Source: a virus
Taxonomy: Duplodnaviria > Caudoviricetes
Direction: 5' to 3' (one strand)
IMG/VR virus record: IMGVR_UViG_2930337131_000001
Coordinates: 1-64,000 of that record
DNA length: 64,000 nucleotides
Positions 9,754 through 18,579 of this stretch are shown here, in pieces; positions within the stretch are counted from its first letter, which is position 1; every line of letters starts with the position of its first letter. The translations under genes were made by a program, and so were the position numbers. The notes beneath the pieces were generated by a model that was given only the letters and a program-made list of their open reading frames with translations, was not told where the DNA came from and did no database searches.

Positions 9754-10200
9754 ATGGCCCGGAAGATGAGCGCCACCGAGCGAGCCGCCCGCGATGTCGT
9801 GAACAAGTACGTCCGTGACGGCCTGATGGAGCGCGGGCAGGCCAACCGCGCGATCCGTGACGGCCTGGCCATCGCCGAGACGACCGTGCGCACGGAGTAC
9901 GTGAAGAACGGGTGGGGCTCCGCCCTGTACTACGGGCAGAAGGTCGCCGCGGCCCGCGAGGAGTTCGACGCCGCCCGGCCCGGCTCGATCGCCCAGCGCG
10001 TGAAGGGCGCGCGCCTGCTGGCCACGGAGATATACGCGGCCGTGTTCGCCGTCGTGGAGGCCGAGGAGGGCCCCCGCGAGGGCGCCGAGCGGCTCACCCC
10101 CGGCCAGGCCGAGGAGGTCATGGCCACCGTGCGCGACACCGCCCGGGAGCTGCGCGAGGAAGCCGCCGCGCCCGCCCGCCGGTTCACCGCCGCCGCCTGA
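9754..10200 (+). CDS. hypothetical protein
   Basis: RBS GAGGA, MARKMSATER. Confidence 0.7.
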   Translation: MARKMSATERAARDVVNKYVRDGLMERGQANRAIRDGLAIAETTVRTEYVKNGWGSALYYGQKVAAAREEFDAARPGSIAQRVKGARLLATEIYAAVFAVVEAEEGPREGAERLTPGQAEEVMATVRDTARELREEAAAPARRFTAAA

Positions 10201-10282
10201 CAGTCCCCGCCCGCCGGGCGCAGCTCCCCCGCGCTGCGCCCGGCCCCGCCCCCTGGCCCCGTCCCGAGACAGGAGAGACCCC

Positions 10283-10504
10283 GTGAGCACTGCCCCCGAC
10301 TGGTCGGCCATGCGCCGCGCCGACTTCGACCCGACCGCCCCGCTCGCCCTGGTGGAGGCCCGCGACGTCACCCGCCGCGTGGAGGCCGTCCCGGACGCGT
10401 GCGGCACCGACGCCCTGTTCGGGGACGAGCCGCGCCCCGCCCGCCCGGCCCACCGCAGTAGGCCGGCTGTCGCGGACGCCCCGGAGGCCGACGCCCTGTT
10501 CTGA
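10283..10504 (+). CDS. small hypothetical protein with two DALF motifs
   Basis: RBS AGGAG, GTG start. Confidence 0.65.
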   Translation: MSTAPDWSAMRRADFDPTAPLALVEARDVTRRVEAVPDACGTDALFGDEPRPARPAHRSRPAVADAPEADALF

Positions 10505-10615
10505 CGGGCGGGAACAGTACGCCGAGGGCAGCGCGCCCGATCACCTCCGGGATGGTCGGGCGCATTCCCATCTGCGGAAACTCGAATTCGATCACGGGAA
10601 GTGTTCCCCCAGGGG

Positions 10616-10684
10616 TTGCCCAGGGTGTACTATTCAGGGGTTGGCGGAGAGCACCGCCGACGACCACGAAGCGAGGAGCACCCC
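10616..10684 (+). promoter_or_regulatory. Class A box plus hairpin leader (copy 7)
   Basis: TTGCCCAGGGTGTACTATTC; GTTGGCGG-AGAGCA-CCGCCGAC-GACCACGAA-GCGAGGAG. Confidence 0.8.
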
Positions 10685-11062
10685 ATGGCTACTGCCCGCA
10701 CCAACTTCCGCGACCGCGTCCGTGCCAACCGCGCCGCCTCCCGCGCCCGCCGCGCCACGGCTCGCGCCGCCCGCGCCGTCCGCACCTCCGCCCGCTCCAT
10801 CACCACGCACGTCCTCGCCACCGGCGCCGACGCCGCCACCGTGAAGGGCGTCGTCAAGGCGCTGCAGGGCGTCGCCAAGACCGCCCGCGCCAACGGCCTC
10901 AAGGGCAAGCGGGTCCGCATCCGCCGCACCGCCCAGGGCTTCAAGCGTCACGCCGTCACCGCCTACCGGTACACCCGCGCCCAGGTCGCCGAGATCGCCG
11001 CCGCCTACAAGCCGCGCAAGGCCGAGTACAAGGCCATCCGCGCCGCGCTGATCGCCGCCTGA
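10685..11062 (+). CDS. highly basic Arg/Lys/Ala-rich putative nucleic-acid-binding protein
   Basis: 125 aa, very few acidic residues. Confidence 0.7.
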   Translation: MATARTNFRDRVRANRAASRARRATARAARAVRTSARSITTHVLATGADAATVKGVVKALQGVAKTARANGLKGKRVRIRRTAQGFKRHAVTAYRYTRAQVAEIAAAYKPRKAEYKAIRAALIAA

Positions 11063-11142
11063 GCCACCCCCTGAACCGCCGGGGCGCGGCCCTCCCCCAC
11101 CGCGCCCCGGCCCCCCTCTCGACACACCGGAGACGAGACACC

Positions 11143-11652
11143 GTGACCAGCACCGCCGCATACCTCCAGGCCGCGCAGCGCGCCCGCACCATCGCCTACG
11201 TCGCCCGCGACCGCTTCGCCGACGGCCAGATCCGCGCCGCCATCCTCGCCATCGCCGCGTGCCTGGACGAGGCCGCCCGCGAGCTGGACGCCGCCGCGAC
11301 CACCGCGCCCGCCCAGGTCCCCGACTCGGCCGCGTCCGAGGTGTTCATGGCCGAGCAGCACGCCGTCGACTGCCCGCGCACCCGGTTCCCCGCCCTCCTC
11401 GGCGAGTACGTCCTGGCGCCCCTCGGCGGCCGCACGCTCCCCATGCCCGAGCCGCTGCGCCCCCTCGACGCCGAACGCGCGGCCCGTGAGACGGACCTGG
11501 TCAACCGGCTGGAGCAGCTCCACGCGGACACCGAGATGCAGGCCGACGCCCCCGACACGTGGCTGCGCACCGTCCTGATGGTCTGGCAGAAGCACATGCG
11601 CCTGGCCGACGAGGTCCTCGCGACCAACGGCCGCCCCTGCAACCAGCGCTGA
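11143..11652 (+). CDS. hypothetical protein
   Basis: GTG start with GGAG RBS; codon bias. Confidence 0.7.
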   Translation: MTSTAAYLQAAQRARTIAYVARDRFADGQIRAAILAIAACLDEAARELDAAATTAPAQVPDSAASEVFMAEQHAVDCPRTRFPALLGEYVLAPLGGRTLPMPEPLRPLDAERAARETDLVNRLEQLHADTEMQADAPDTWLRTVLMVWQKHMRLADEVLATNGRPCNQR

Positions 11653-11703
11653 CCAGCGCTCGCCGGGCGGGCCTGTCACAGCACACGCCCGCCCGGCGTT
11701 CCC

Positions 11704-11750
11704 CCCGACGAGAGCACGTCGGGCCGACCACACACCGGAGGAACACCCCC
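11704..11750 (+). promoter_or_regulatory. AGAGCA-hairpin leader (copy 8)
   Basis: CCCGACG-AGAGCA-CGTCGGG-CCGACCAC..GGAGGAACACC. Confidence 0.7.
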
Positions 11751-11975
11751 GTGGACGACACCGCCCAGGACCCGGCCGCCGCCTCGGCCGCCAAGCTCGC
11801 CGAGGGCGCCCGCCCCGCATGGGAGCTGTACGCCGCCGCGCACAGGGGCGTGACCATGGCCGACCTGATCAGCGACCTACTGCACCTCGCCGACCGCCTG
11901 CCCGACGAGCAGGACAAGGGCGCTGACGAGATCCTCGCCCGCGCCCAGCGCGACTACGACGCCGAGCGTCCGTAG
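11751..11975 (+). CDS. hypothetical protein
   Basis: GTG after leader; DLISDLLH helix. Confidence 0.65.
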   Translation: MDDTAQDPAAASAAKLAEGARPAWELYAAAHRGVTMADLISDLLHLADRLPDEQDKGADEILARAQRDYDAERP

Positions 11976-12052
11976 AGCGGTCGCGCCCCGGGGCCCGGAC
12001 GTACGAGCCGCCCCGGGGCGCGACGCAAGCCCCACCCGCAGGACCCAATGCC

Positions 12053-12105
12053 CCGGCCGGAGAGCACCGCGCCGGACCAGACCACGAACGAAGGAACACC
12101 GCGCC
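12053..12105 (+). promoter_or_regulatory. AGAGCA-hairpin leader (copy 9)
   Basis: CCGGCCGG-AGAGCA-CCGCGCCGG-ACCAGACCACGAA-CGAAGGAACACC. Confidence 0.7.
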
Positions 12106-13017
12106 GTGACCATGCCCGCAGTCGCCCACGCGACCACCGCCGCCCCGCTCGCCGCCCTCCTGCCCACCCGCATGGGCAACACCTGGCGGATTGGACCGGC
12201 GCCGTACGGCATCCGCAACAACGTCGCCACCTCCCGACTGACGGACGGCCGCCGCGCGCTGATCGTCGTGGAGGAGGGCAACCGCGTCGAGCTGTACGCC
12301 GACCGCCCGGACACCTTCCCCATCACCCCGGACGCCGTCGTCGACGGCACGGACCCTTCCGCCGTCGCCGCGCTGGCCGCCCGCGCGCTGCGCTGGATCC
12401 TCCCCACGCTGGACGCCGAACGGATGCGGGCCGACGCCGCCGGGTGCAAGGACCCCGCCGACCAGTGGCGGCGCTTCCTGCGGTTGAAGGGCACCCACCT
12501 GATCGACGTCGGCTTCAGCCTCATCGACCACGGCGCGCACCCCGTGCCGCGAGAGATCCCCGGCCAGATGGCGCGGAAGGCCGACCACATGGACGAGTGG
12601 GGGCACCCGCTGGCCATGGAGCGTCCGGACGGGCCCGGACTGGCGTGGACGGCCGCGAGCGGCGCCGAGTGGGGCGTGTGGTCGCACGGGTGCGGCCCGG
12701 CCTACACCCTGACCTACGAGGGCCCCATGCGCGGCCTATACGGGGCGCTGCCGGTCCTGCTGCCCCCGCTGGGCACCCACACCCCCACGGACGCCGGTAG
12801 CGCGTTCACGCGGCACCTGACGGACCGCTTCCCGCAGCTCCAGCCCGTCGACGCCGACGAGGTCGAGTTCGGCGGCTACCAGGACCTGCACGGCTGGATC
12901 GCGCTTCCCTCCCGCGCGGAGCTGGGCGACGTCGTCGACGACGACACCCGCGTCTGCGCCCAGGTCGGCCCGGTCGGCGCCGACTTCCTGCTCGCCGCCG
13001 CCGCGCACCTGATCTGA
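12106..13017 (+). CDS. hypothetical protein, paralog of next gene
   Basis: Shared blocks with 13088..13927. Confidence 0.75.
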   Translation: MTMPAVAHATTAAPLAALLPTRMGNTWRIGPAPYGIRNNVATSRLTDGRRALIVVEEGNRVELYADRPDTFPITPDAVVDGTDPSAVAALAARALRWILPTLDAERMRADAAGCKDPADQWRRFLRLKGTHLIDVGFSLIDHGAHPVPREIPGQMARKADHMDEWGHPLAMERPDGPGLAWTAASGAEWGVWSHGCGPAYTLTYEGPMRGLYGALPVLLPPLGTHTPTDAGSAFTRHLTDRFPQLQPVDADEVEFGGYQDLHGWIALPSRAELGDVVDDDTRVCAQVGPVGADFLLAAAAHLI

Positions 13018-13087
13018 CCCCAGCCGCCCGGCCGCGCCCCCGGCCCCTCGTGCTGGGGGCGCGGCCCGCCTCGAAAGGCACCACGAC

Positions 13088-13927
13088 ATGACCACCGTCA
13101 CCGCCCCGGCCCGCCCGTCCTCCCCCGCCGTCACGCTCGCCGAGCACGTCGCCGCGCTCCTCCCAGAGCGAGCCGGCGTTCCGTGGACCGTCGAACCGTG
13201 CTCCCCCTGGTGGACCGCCCGGCACCCCGGCGCCCGCCTGGTCCAGGGCAAGCGCGCCCTTGTCCTGGTGGCGCGCACCTGGGACACCGAGATTGGGTGG
13301 CAGCTCCCGCACCGCGAGCCGACCCGCCCAGACCTGCGCATCGACCGCATGGCCCCGGCCGCCATCGCCCGCGACGTGCTGCGCCTGGTCCTGCCCGTCC
13401 TCGACGACGAAGCCGCCCACGGCCTCGAGGACGGCGCCCGCGCCCGCCGGGGAGCGCTCGTCGACATCGGCACCGCGATGCGCGCCCAGGGAGCTGCCAC
13501 GTACGAGCGGGCCAGTCTCCTGGTGAACACCGCGTGCATCGTGTGGTCCTCGAGCGGGCTGCGCTACTCGGCCACCCTGCACGGCACCAACCCCGTGGCG
13601 TCCGTCCAGATCCAGGGCCCGGTGCGCGCCCTCGAGCGGGCCGTCGCCCACTTCCTGCCCGAGGCCGCGCCCGGACGCCCGATCACCCCGGCCGGGATAC
13701 GCGGCCGCCTCGAGCGGCGCATGGCCAACGTCCTCGCCCGGCACGGCCACGTCGAGCAGCTCGACGGCAAGGGCCTGGCGTTCGGCGAGAAGTCCGGCCC
13801 GTACGGGCACGTCGCCCCCGCCCTGGACCCGGCCGCCCGCGCCCACGACAACACGCTCACGTCCGTCGACGTCCACGGCGTCGGCGTCGACTTCCTGCTG
13901 TCCCTCGCCCCGCAGCTCGCCCGCTGA
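13088..13927 (+). CDS. hypothetical protein, paralog of previous gene
   Basis: Shared blocks with 12106..13017. Confidence 0.75.
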   Translation: MTTVTAPARPSSPAVTLAEHVAALLPERAGVPWTVEPCSPWWTARHPGARLVQGKRALVLVARTWDTEIGWQLPHREPTRPDLRIDRMAPAAIARDVLRLVLPVLDDEAAHGLEDGARARRGALVDIGTAMRAQGAATYERASLLVNTACIVWSSSGLRYSATLHGTNPVASVQIQGPVRALERAVAHFLPEAAPGRPITPAGIRGRLERRMANVLARHGHVEQLDGKGLAFGEKSGPYGHVAPALDPAARAHDNTLTSVDVHGVGVDFLLSLAPQLAR

Positions 13928-13990
13928 CCCCGGGTGCGCCCCGTCAGCCGGCTCACGGGGCGCACCCCCTCCTGGAAGGACACTCCCGCA

Positions 13991-14515
13991 GTGACCACCG
14001 CCAACCTGGCCCCGATCACCGACCTGTTCGCCGCCGAAGACAAGGCCCGCGCCGTCGCCCGCGACATGCTGCCGCTGCTCGCCGCGACGCTCCGCGCGCA
14101 GTACCCCACCGGCGTGCACCTGGCGCTGTACCGGGACAGCGACGGGGAACTCAGCTACCACTCCGTGCGCACCGCCCAGGGCGAGACCGTGTTCCGGTTC
14201 CCGACCCGCTGGTGGGACATGGGCCGCTTCCCGCAGCCGGTCCCGGCCGAGATCGCCGCCCTGTGGCCGGATCACGATGCGAGCGACCCGGGCACCGTGC
14301 TGTCGATGATTCAGCAGGTCGACCAACACGGCGTCCTGTCGTTCCTCCCCGACGAGGCGATGTGGCCGCACGAGGAGGACCTGGACCTGACGCCCGTGGG
14401 CCTCCGGCTCATCTGCCCGTGCGGCGCCCCCGACGGGGTGTGCGCCCCCTGCTGCGGCACCGAGCCGTGCGGCCCGAACGTCTGCTCCGCGTGCACCCTG
14501 TGGCGGTCGCGATGA
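13991..14515 (+). CDS. hypothetical protein with Cys-rich C-terminus
   Basis: GTG with AAGGA RBS; CPC..C..CC..C..C..C tail. Confidence 0.65.
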   Translation: MTTANLAPITDLFAAEDKARAVARDMLPLLAATLRAQYPTGVHLALYRDSDGELSYHSVRTAQGETVFRFPTRWWDMGRFPQPVPAEIAALWPDHDASDPGTVLSMIQQVDQHGVLSFLPDEAMWPHEEDLDLTPVGLRLICPCGAPDGVCAPCCGTEPCGPNVCSACTLWRSR

Positions 14516-14889
14516 TCCCCGCCGAGCCCGAGCACCTGGCCGCCCTGGACGCCCTGCTGCGCCCGTCCTCCGTCTCGTCGTTCGCCGTGGCCCTGGACGC
14601 CGCCGAGGTGCACGCCGAGACCCTCCGAGGGCTGCACACGACCGAGGGACTCGGCCGGTACTGCCGTACGGCTCTGCCGCCGGTCCTGCGCCGCCTCCTG
14701 GCCGTCGAGTCCGAACTGGCCACCGTCCGCGCGAAGGTCGCCGGGCACATCGCCGCGCACGACCAGGGCCACGACCCGACGGCCGGGGAGCTGCTCGAGG
14801 ACCTCCGGCGCGCCGGGGTCGACCTGGCGCACGACGTCACCGCGGCGGCCGCCGTCCTCGAGGGCCAGGCGCACGCCGCCACGTTCTGA
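14512..14889 (+). CDS. hypothetical protein
   Basis: ATGA overlap with previous stop. Confidence 0.65.
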   Translation: MIPAEPEHLAALDALLRPSSVSSFAVALDAAEVHAETLRGLHTTEGLGRYCRTALPPVLRRLLAVESELATVRAKVAGHIAAHDQGHDPTAGELLEDLRRAGVDLAHDVTAAAAVLEGQAHAATF

Positions 14890-14982
14890 CCGGCCCCCTG
14901 CAACAGCCTCGAGCCCGCCCGCGTTCCTTGCTGCGCCCGGCCTTCCCGGTCGGGCGCAGCGCCCCTCCGAGGAGATCCCCAC

Positions 14983-15543
14983 GTGAGCCGCCACTCCCGC
15001 ACCAAGCCCAACCGGCACGACCGCCAGGCCCGGCACGCCGGGTTCGACGCGCTGCTGCCACGCCTCAAGCGGGGCAAGCTCACCCCGGAGGAGGCCGCCC
15101 TCCTGGCCGCGTACGTCCTCGAGGAGCGGCGCCTGGGCGAGAAGACCCGCCGGTCCCTGACCGCCACGACCCGGACCCTGGCCGCGCACCGGGAGGCCGC
15201 CGACGCGGCGATCCGGGAGGCCGAGGAGACGAACGAGGCGCACCGCGTCGCCGTCGCCGAGGCGCTCGGGGCACCGGCCGACACCCCGTGGTCCGCGCTC
15301 GTCGGCCGCGCCCACGACGCGCAGCACTGGGCAGGGCGTGCCCGGCGCGACGTCGGGGAGACCGAGCAGCTCCGCGAGCGGCTGCGCCAGTCGGAGGAGG
15401 CGCGGGCCACGCTGCGGGGGCGCCTGGCCGAGGCGGTGAGGGGCGGCCGGCTGAGGGTCGAGTGCCTGACGACGGGGGACCCGGTCGCACTCGGTCGGGC
15501 CGTCGCCGACATCGTCCGGCGCGCACCGCAGCACCTCGGCTGA
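14983..15543 (+). CDS. hypothetical coiled-coil protein
   Basis: GAGGAG RBS, helical composition. Confidence 0.65.
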   Translation: MSRHSRTKPNRHDRQARHAGFDALLPRLKRGKLTPEEAALLAAYVLEERRLGEKTRRSLTATTRTLAAHREAADAAIREAEETNEAHRVAVAEALGAPADTPWSALVGRAHDAQHWAGRARRDVGETEQLRERLRQSEEARATLRGRLAEAVRGGRLRVECLTTGDPVALGRAVADIVRRAPQHLG

Positions 15544-15618
15544 GACACCCCAGGAACCCCAGGAACGCGCAGCCCATGGCAACGGGTTGCGCGTTTCTAC
15601 TGTTCGCACACGCATGCA

Positions 15619-15692
15619 TTGCCCAGGGTGTACTATTCGGCGTGTTGGTGGAGAGCGCCGCCGACGCGGACCACGAAGAAGAGGAACACCAG
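15619..15692 (+). promoter_or_regulatory. Class A box plus hairpin leader (copy 10)
   Basis: TTGCCCAGGGTGTACTATTC; GTTGGTGG-AGAGCG-CCGCCGAC-GCGGACCACGAA-GAAGAGGA. Confidence 0.8.
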
Positions 15693-17027
15693 ATGCGGAC
15701 CCTGCCCCCAGCGGTCGCCACCGCCGTGCACGTCGCCACCCTCGCCCGCAAGGCAGGGAAGCCGATCCCGCCGAAGGTGTACGCCGTCCTGGAGGCCGCC
15801 GCCAACCCGTGGCCCGCCGAGTGGCTGCTCGCCCCGCTCCCCGGCGACCCGATCCGCGTGGTGGAGCTGTTCGCCGGTCCCGGCGGCTGGTCCGAGGGCA
15901 TCGCCGCCGTCCTCGGCGTGGCCGTCGACTCGTGCGGAGTGGACATCTCCCCGGACGCCTGCGCTACCGCCCGCGCCGCCGGACACCGCCGCATCTGCGC
16001 CGACATCACCACCCTGGACCCCGAGCACATCGCACTGCGCTACACCGCCGCCGTCATCATCAGCCCGCCGTGCCCCACGTTCTCCCCGGCGGGCAAGCTG
16101 TCCGGTCTCGAGGCCCGCAACATCGACATCCTGTGCACCGCCATCGCCTACGTGGGCGAGGCCGCCGGATTCCTGCCCGTCGACGAAATCTTCGACTTCC
16201 ACGACGAGGACGACTACGACGAGGACGGGAACTGCCCGTGCGAGCCGGGCGAGGGTTGCATGGCGCCCTTCGCCCCGCGCTCTGGTGCCACCTGGGATGA
16301 GGTCCGCGAGATGGCTGCCGAGGTCAGCGACCCCCGCATTGCCCTGATGCTCGAGGTCGTCATCTGGCCGCTCGCGCTGCAGGCCGCCGGGGCACCGATC
16401 CGCTGGATGGCCATGGAGCAGTCGCACAACCTGCCCGAGGACATCCTCGACTACCTGTCCGGCGAGTTCCGGTGTGCCGAGTGGTTCTACACCAGCCACG
16501 ACATCATGGAGGCTGCGGACTACGGCCTGCCCTCCCGCCGCAAGCGCGTGTACATGGTCGCCACCCGCACCTACACGCCCGCGATCACACGCCGCATCCG
16601 CCCGCTCCCCGCGACGTCCATGGCGCAGGCCCTCGGCTGGCAGCCCGGCGAGCGCGTCAACACGCGCGGCACCCGCCCCATCGACCCGAAGACCGGCCGC
16701 CCCAAGGGCGGGAACTGTTTCTCCGCCGACGGCCCGTCCTGGTGCCTCACCGGCAAGTCCCGCACCTGGAAGCGAGAGAGCGACGGCCTGCGCCTCACCG
16801 AGTCGGAGGCTGGTCTCCTCGTCGGGTTCCGCCGCTCCTACCCGTGGCAGGGAAGCCGCACGAGCGCCTTCCAACAGGCCGCCGACGTCGTCTCCCCGGT
16901 CATGGCCGCCATCGTCCTGTCCGGCATGTTCGGCGCCCTCGGCGAGGCCCTGGTGCGCGACTACCTCGCCCAGCTCTACGAGATGGACGACATGCTCGCC
17001 CAGGACGACTACGACCTAGTCACCTAG
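15693..17027 (+). CDS. orphan DNA cytosine-C5 methyltransferase
   Basis: Motif I ELFAGPGG, motif IV SPPCPTFS, MEQ (ENV-like), YGLPSRRKR, RLTESEAGLLVGF, QQAADVVSP. Confidence 0.9.
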   Translation: MRTLPPAVATAVHVATLARKAGKPIPPKVYAVLEAAANPWPAEWLLAPLPGDPIRVVELFAGPGGWSEGIAAVLGVAVDSCGVDISPDACATARAAGHRRICADITTLDPEHIALRYTAAVIISPPCPTFSPAGKLSGLEARNIDILCTAIAYVGEAAGFLPVDEIFDFHDEDDYDEDGNCPCEPGEGCMAPFAPRSGATWDEVREMAAEVSDPRIALMLEVVIWPLALQAAGAPIRWMAMEQSHNLPEDILDYLSGEFRCAEWFYTSHDIMEAADYGLPSRRKRVYMVATRTYTPAITRRIRPLPATSMAQALGWQPGERVNTRGTRPIDPKTGRPKGGNCFSADGPSWCLTGKSRTWKRESDGLRLTESEAGLLVGFRRSYPWQGSRTSAFQQAADVVSPVMAAIVLSGMFGALGEALVRDYLAQLYEMDDMLAQDDYDLVT

Positions 17028-17123
17028 CCCCCTCGCCCCGCCCGGCCCCCGCCCACCCGGCGGGGGCCGCCGTCGTTCCCGGCCCCGTGCAACAGCCTGC
17101 CGCCATCCGCCGTTCCCCCGGTC

Positions 17124-17417
17124 ATGAGCCTGCCACCGCCCCACGCTGCGCCGTACGCCCCGTTCACCCTCCCGGTGACCCTCAGCGCCACCGTCACCGT
17201 GAACGGCGTGGAGATCGGCGCGCAGGAGTGCGTGGACCCGCACGCCTGGGCCGCCATGTCGACCGACCCGGCCGCCGTCGCCGCGTACGAGCGGCTGGTG
17301 TGGGAGCGCCTGGGCCGGGCCATCGTCGAGCACCTGGCCCCGGCCGTGACCGTCGGCGTCCCCGCCGCGCCCGTCCGGGCCGAGCGTCAGACCCCCGACG
17401 TACCCTCCGAAGCATGA
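17124..17417 (+). CDS. hypothetical protein
   Basis: 97 aa, ATGA overlap with next gene. Confidence 0.55.
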   Translation: MSLPPPHAAPYAPFTLPVTLSATVTVNGVEIGAQECVDPHAWAAMSTDPAAVAAYERLVWERLGRAIVEHLAPAVTVGVPAAPVRAERQTPDVPSEA

Positions 17418-17827
17418 GCACCCCCACCCCCGCCCCGGAGGAGACTCCGTTCGACCCGCACGCCTTCCCCGCCGACCTGGTCGCCGCACAGCGCGAGCTC
17501 GCCGAGGCGTACGCCGCGCTCCACACGCTGCAAAAGCGGCTCCCCTGGTCCCGGGAACCTCACGACGGATGGCCGGAGGTGACGGACCGCGGACGGGAGC
17601 GGCCCGGCCGTGAAGCCTCGCCCGGGTGGGCGGCCGCCGACGCCGCCGAGTTCGACCGGCTCATGCGCCGGCTGCAGGAGCTGGCCGCGTTCGTGCAGGG
17701 ACACGGGCACTGGAAGGCGTGCCGGGACAACGGCGCGGACATGGTCGCCACCCGGCAGGCACTCAAGCACGCCCCCGGCGCCGTCCCGTCCGCCCTCGAG
17801 CGCCAGGACGTCACCGCGGCCGCGTAA
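17414..17827 (+). CDS. hypothetical protein
   Basis: MSTPTPAPEE; codon bias. Confidence 0.65.
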   Translation: MSTPTPAPEETPFDPHAFPADLVAAQRELAEAYAALHTLQKRLPWSREPHDGWPEVTDRGRERPGREASPGWAAADAAEFDRLMRRLQELAAFVQGHGHWKACRDNGADMVATRQALKHAPGAVPSALERQDVTAAA

Positions 17828-17916
17828 CCGACGCTCCTGTCCGACGGGCCCCCAGAGCGGGGAAGGGGTACAGGGCGGCCCACACGGGGCGCGCCCCCGC
17901 TCGAGAGGGGCCCGCC

Positions 17917-18126
17917 GTGGCTCTCCCCGTCCGCACCTACCTGGTGACCAACGCCCCCGCCCTGTTCGGCCCGGGTGCGCGCATCGTCGTCCGCAGCACG
18001 GCCCCGGCCGGTGCCGTCGTCGACCGCGTCGTCCGCGGCCGCGCCGTCCGCGTGGAGCTCACCGACACCCCGCTGCCCGCCTACGGCGACGTCTACGTCG
18101 CGGAGCTCCAGCTCCCCCGCCTGTAG
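17917..18126 (+). CDS. small hypothetical protein
   Basis: GAGGGG RBS, GTG start. Confidence 0.55.
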   Translation: MALPVRTYLVTNAPALFGPGARIVVRSTAPAGAVVDRVVRGRAVRVELTDTPLPAYGDVYVAELQLPRL

Positions 18127-18148
18127 CCCGAACGCCCCCGCGGCCCTG

Positions 18149-18493
18149 TCAGCCCCCGGCAGGGCCGCGCCGGGGCATCTCCCCCTGCCGCCGCTCGTCG
18201 ACGCCCTGGGATGGCTCGGAGTCGCTCCGGTGAGCCACGCGCAACCCCGGCTGTGGCCACTGGTACGCCATGATCCGCACGGTCGTGTCCCCGTGCAGGT
18301 CCACCTCGACCTGGTAGCGGACCGTTCCGTCCGCCCAGTTCTGCCGCGCCACGACCGGCGCGTGCCGCCACTTCCCGCCGGACATCACCTGCAGCGCCGG
18401 GCGGTCGGTCCTGGGCCAGGTCCACACCTCCGGGCGTGGCCCGTCCTCCGGGCGCCACGGCCGGGCCGGTACCGCGTCCGGGATATCTGCCAT
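18149..18493 (-). CDS. hypothetical protein
   Basis: GGAGG RBS before ATG. Confidence 0.6.
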   Translation of the reverse strand: MADIPDAVPARPWRPEDGPRPEVWTWPRTDRPALQVMSGGKWRHAPVVARQNWADGTVRYQVEVDLHGDTTVRIMAYQWPQPGLRVAHRSDSEPSQGVDERRQGEMPRRGPAGG

Positions 18494-18513
18494 GCCTCCG
18501 ACTGTAGGCAGCG

Positions 18514-18551
18514 CGCGACGCAAGGCGCCCCCGGCCCCCACGATCCGCGGC
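18514..18551 (+). promoter_or_regulatory. Class B promoter-like motif
   Basis: CGCGAC-N19-CACGAT-CCGCGGC. Confidence 0.55.
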
Positions 18552-18579
18552 CTTACCCGTCCGCCTGGAAGGCCCCGCC

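Noticed and set aside
12019-12050. Extra class B promoter copy (CGCGACGCAAG)
   Set aside because: The hexamer at +19 does not fit CANNNT, and the sequence is part of a hairpin.
14928-15692. N-terminal extension making the methyltransferase 699 aa
   Set aside because: Overlaps gene 14983..15543 and the promoter box; the real start is 15693.
15619-16347. ORFs starting MPRVYYS (also at 978 and 8173) as a protein family
   Set aside because: Artefact of translating the TTGCCCAGGGTGTACTATTC box from its TTG.
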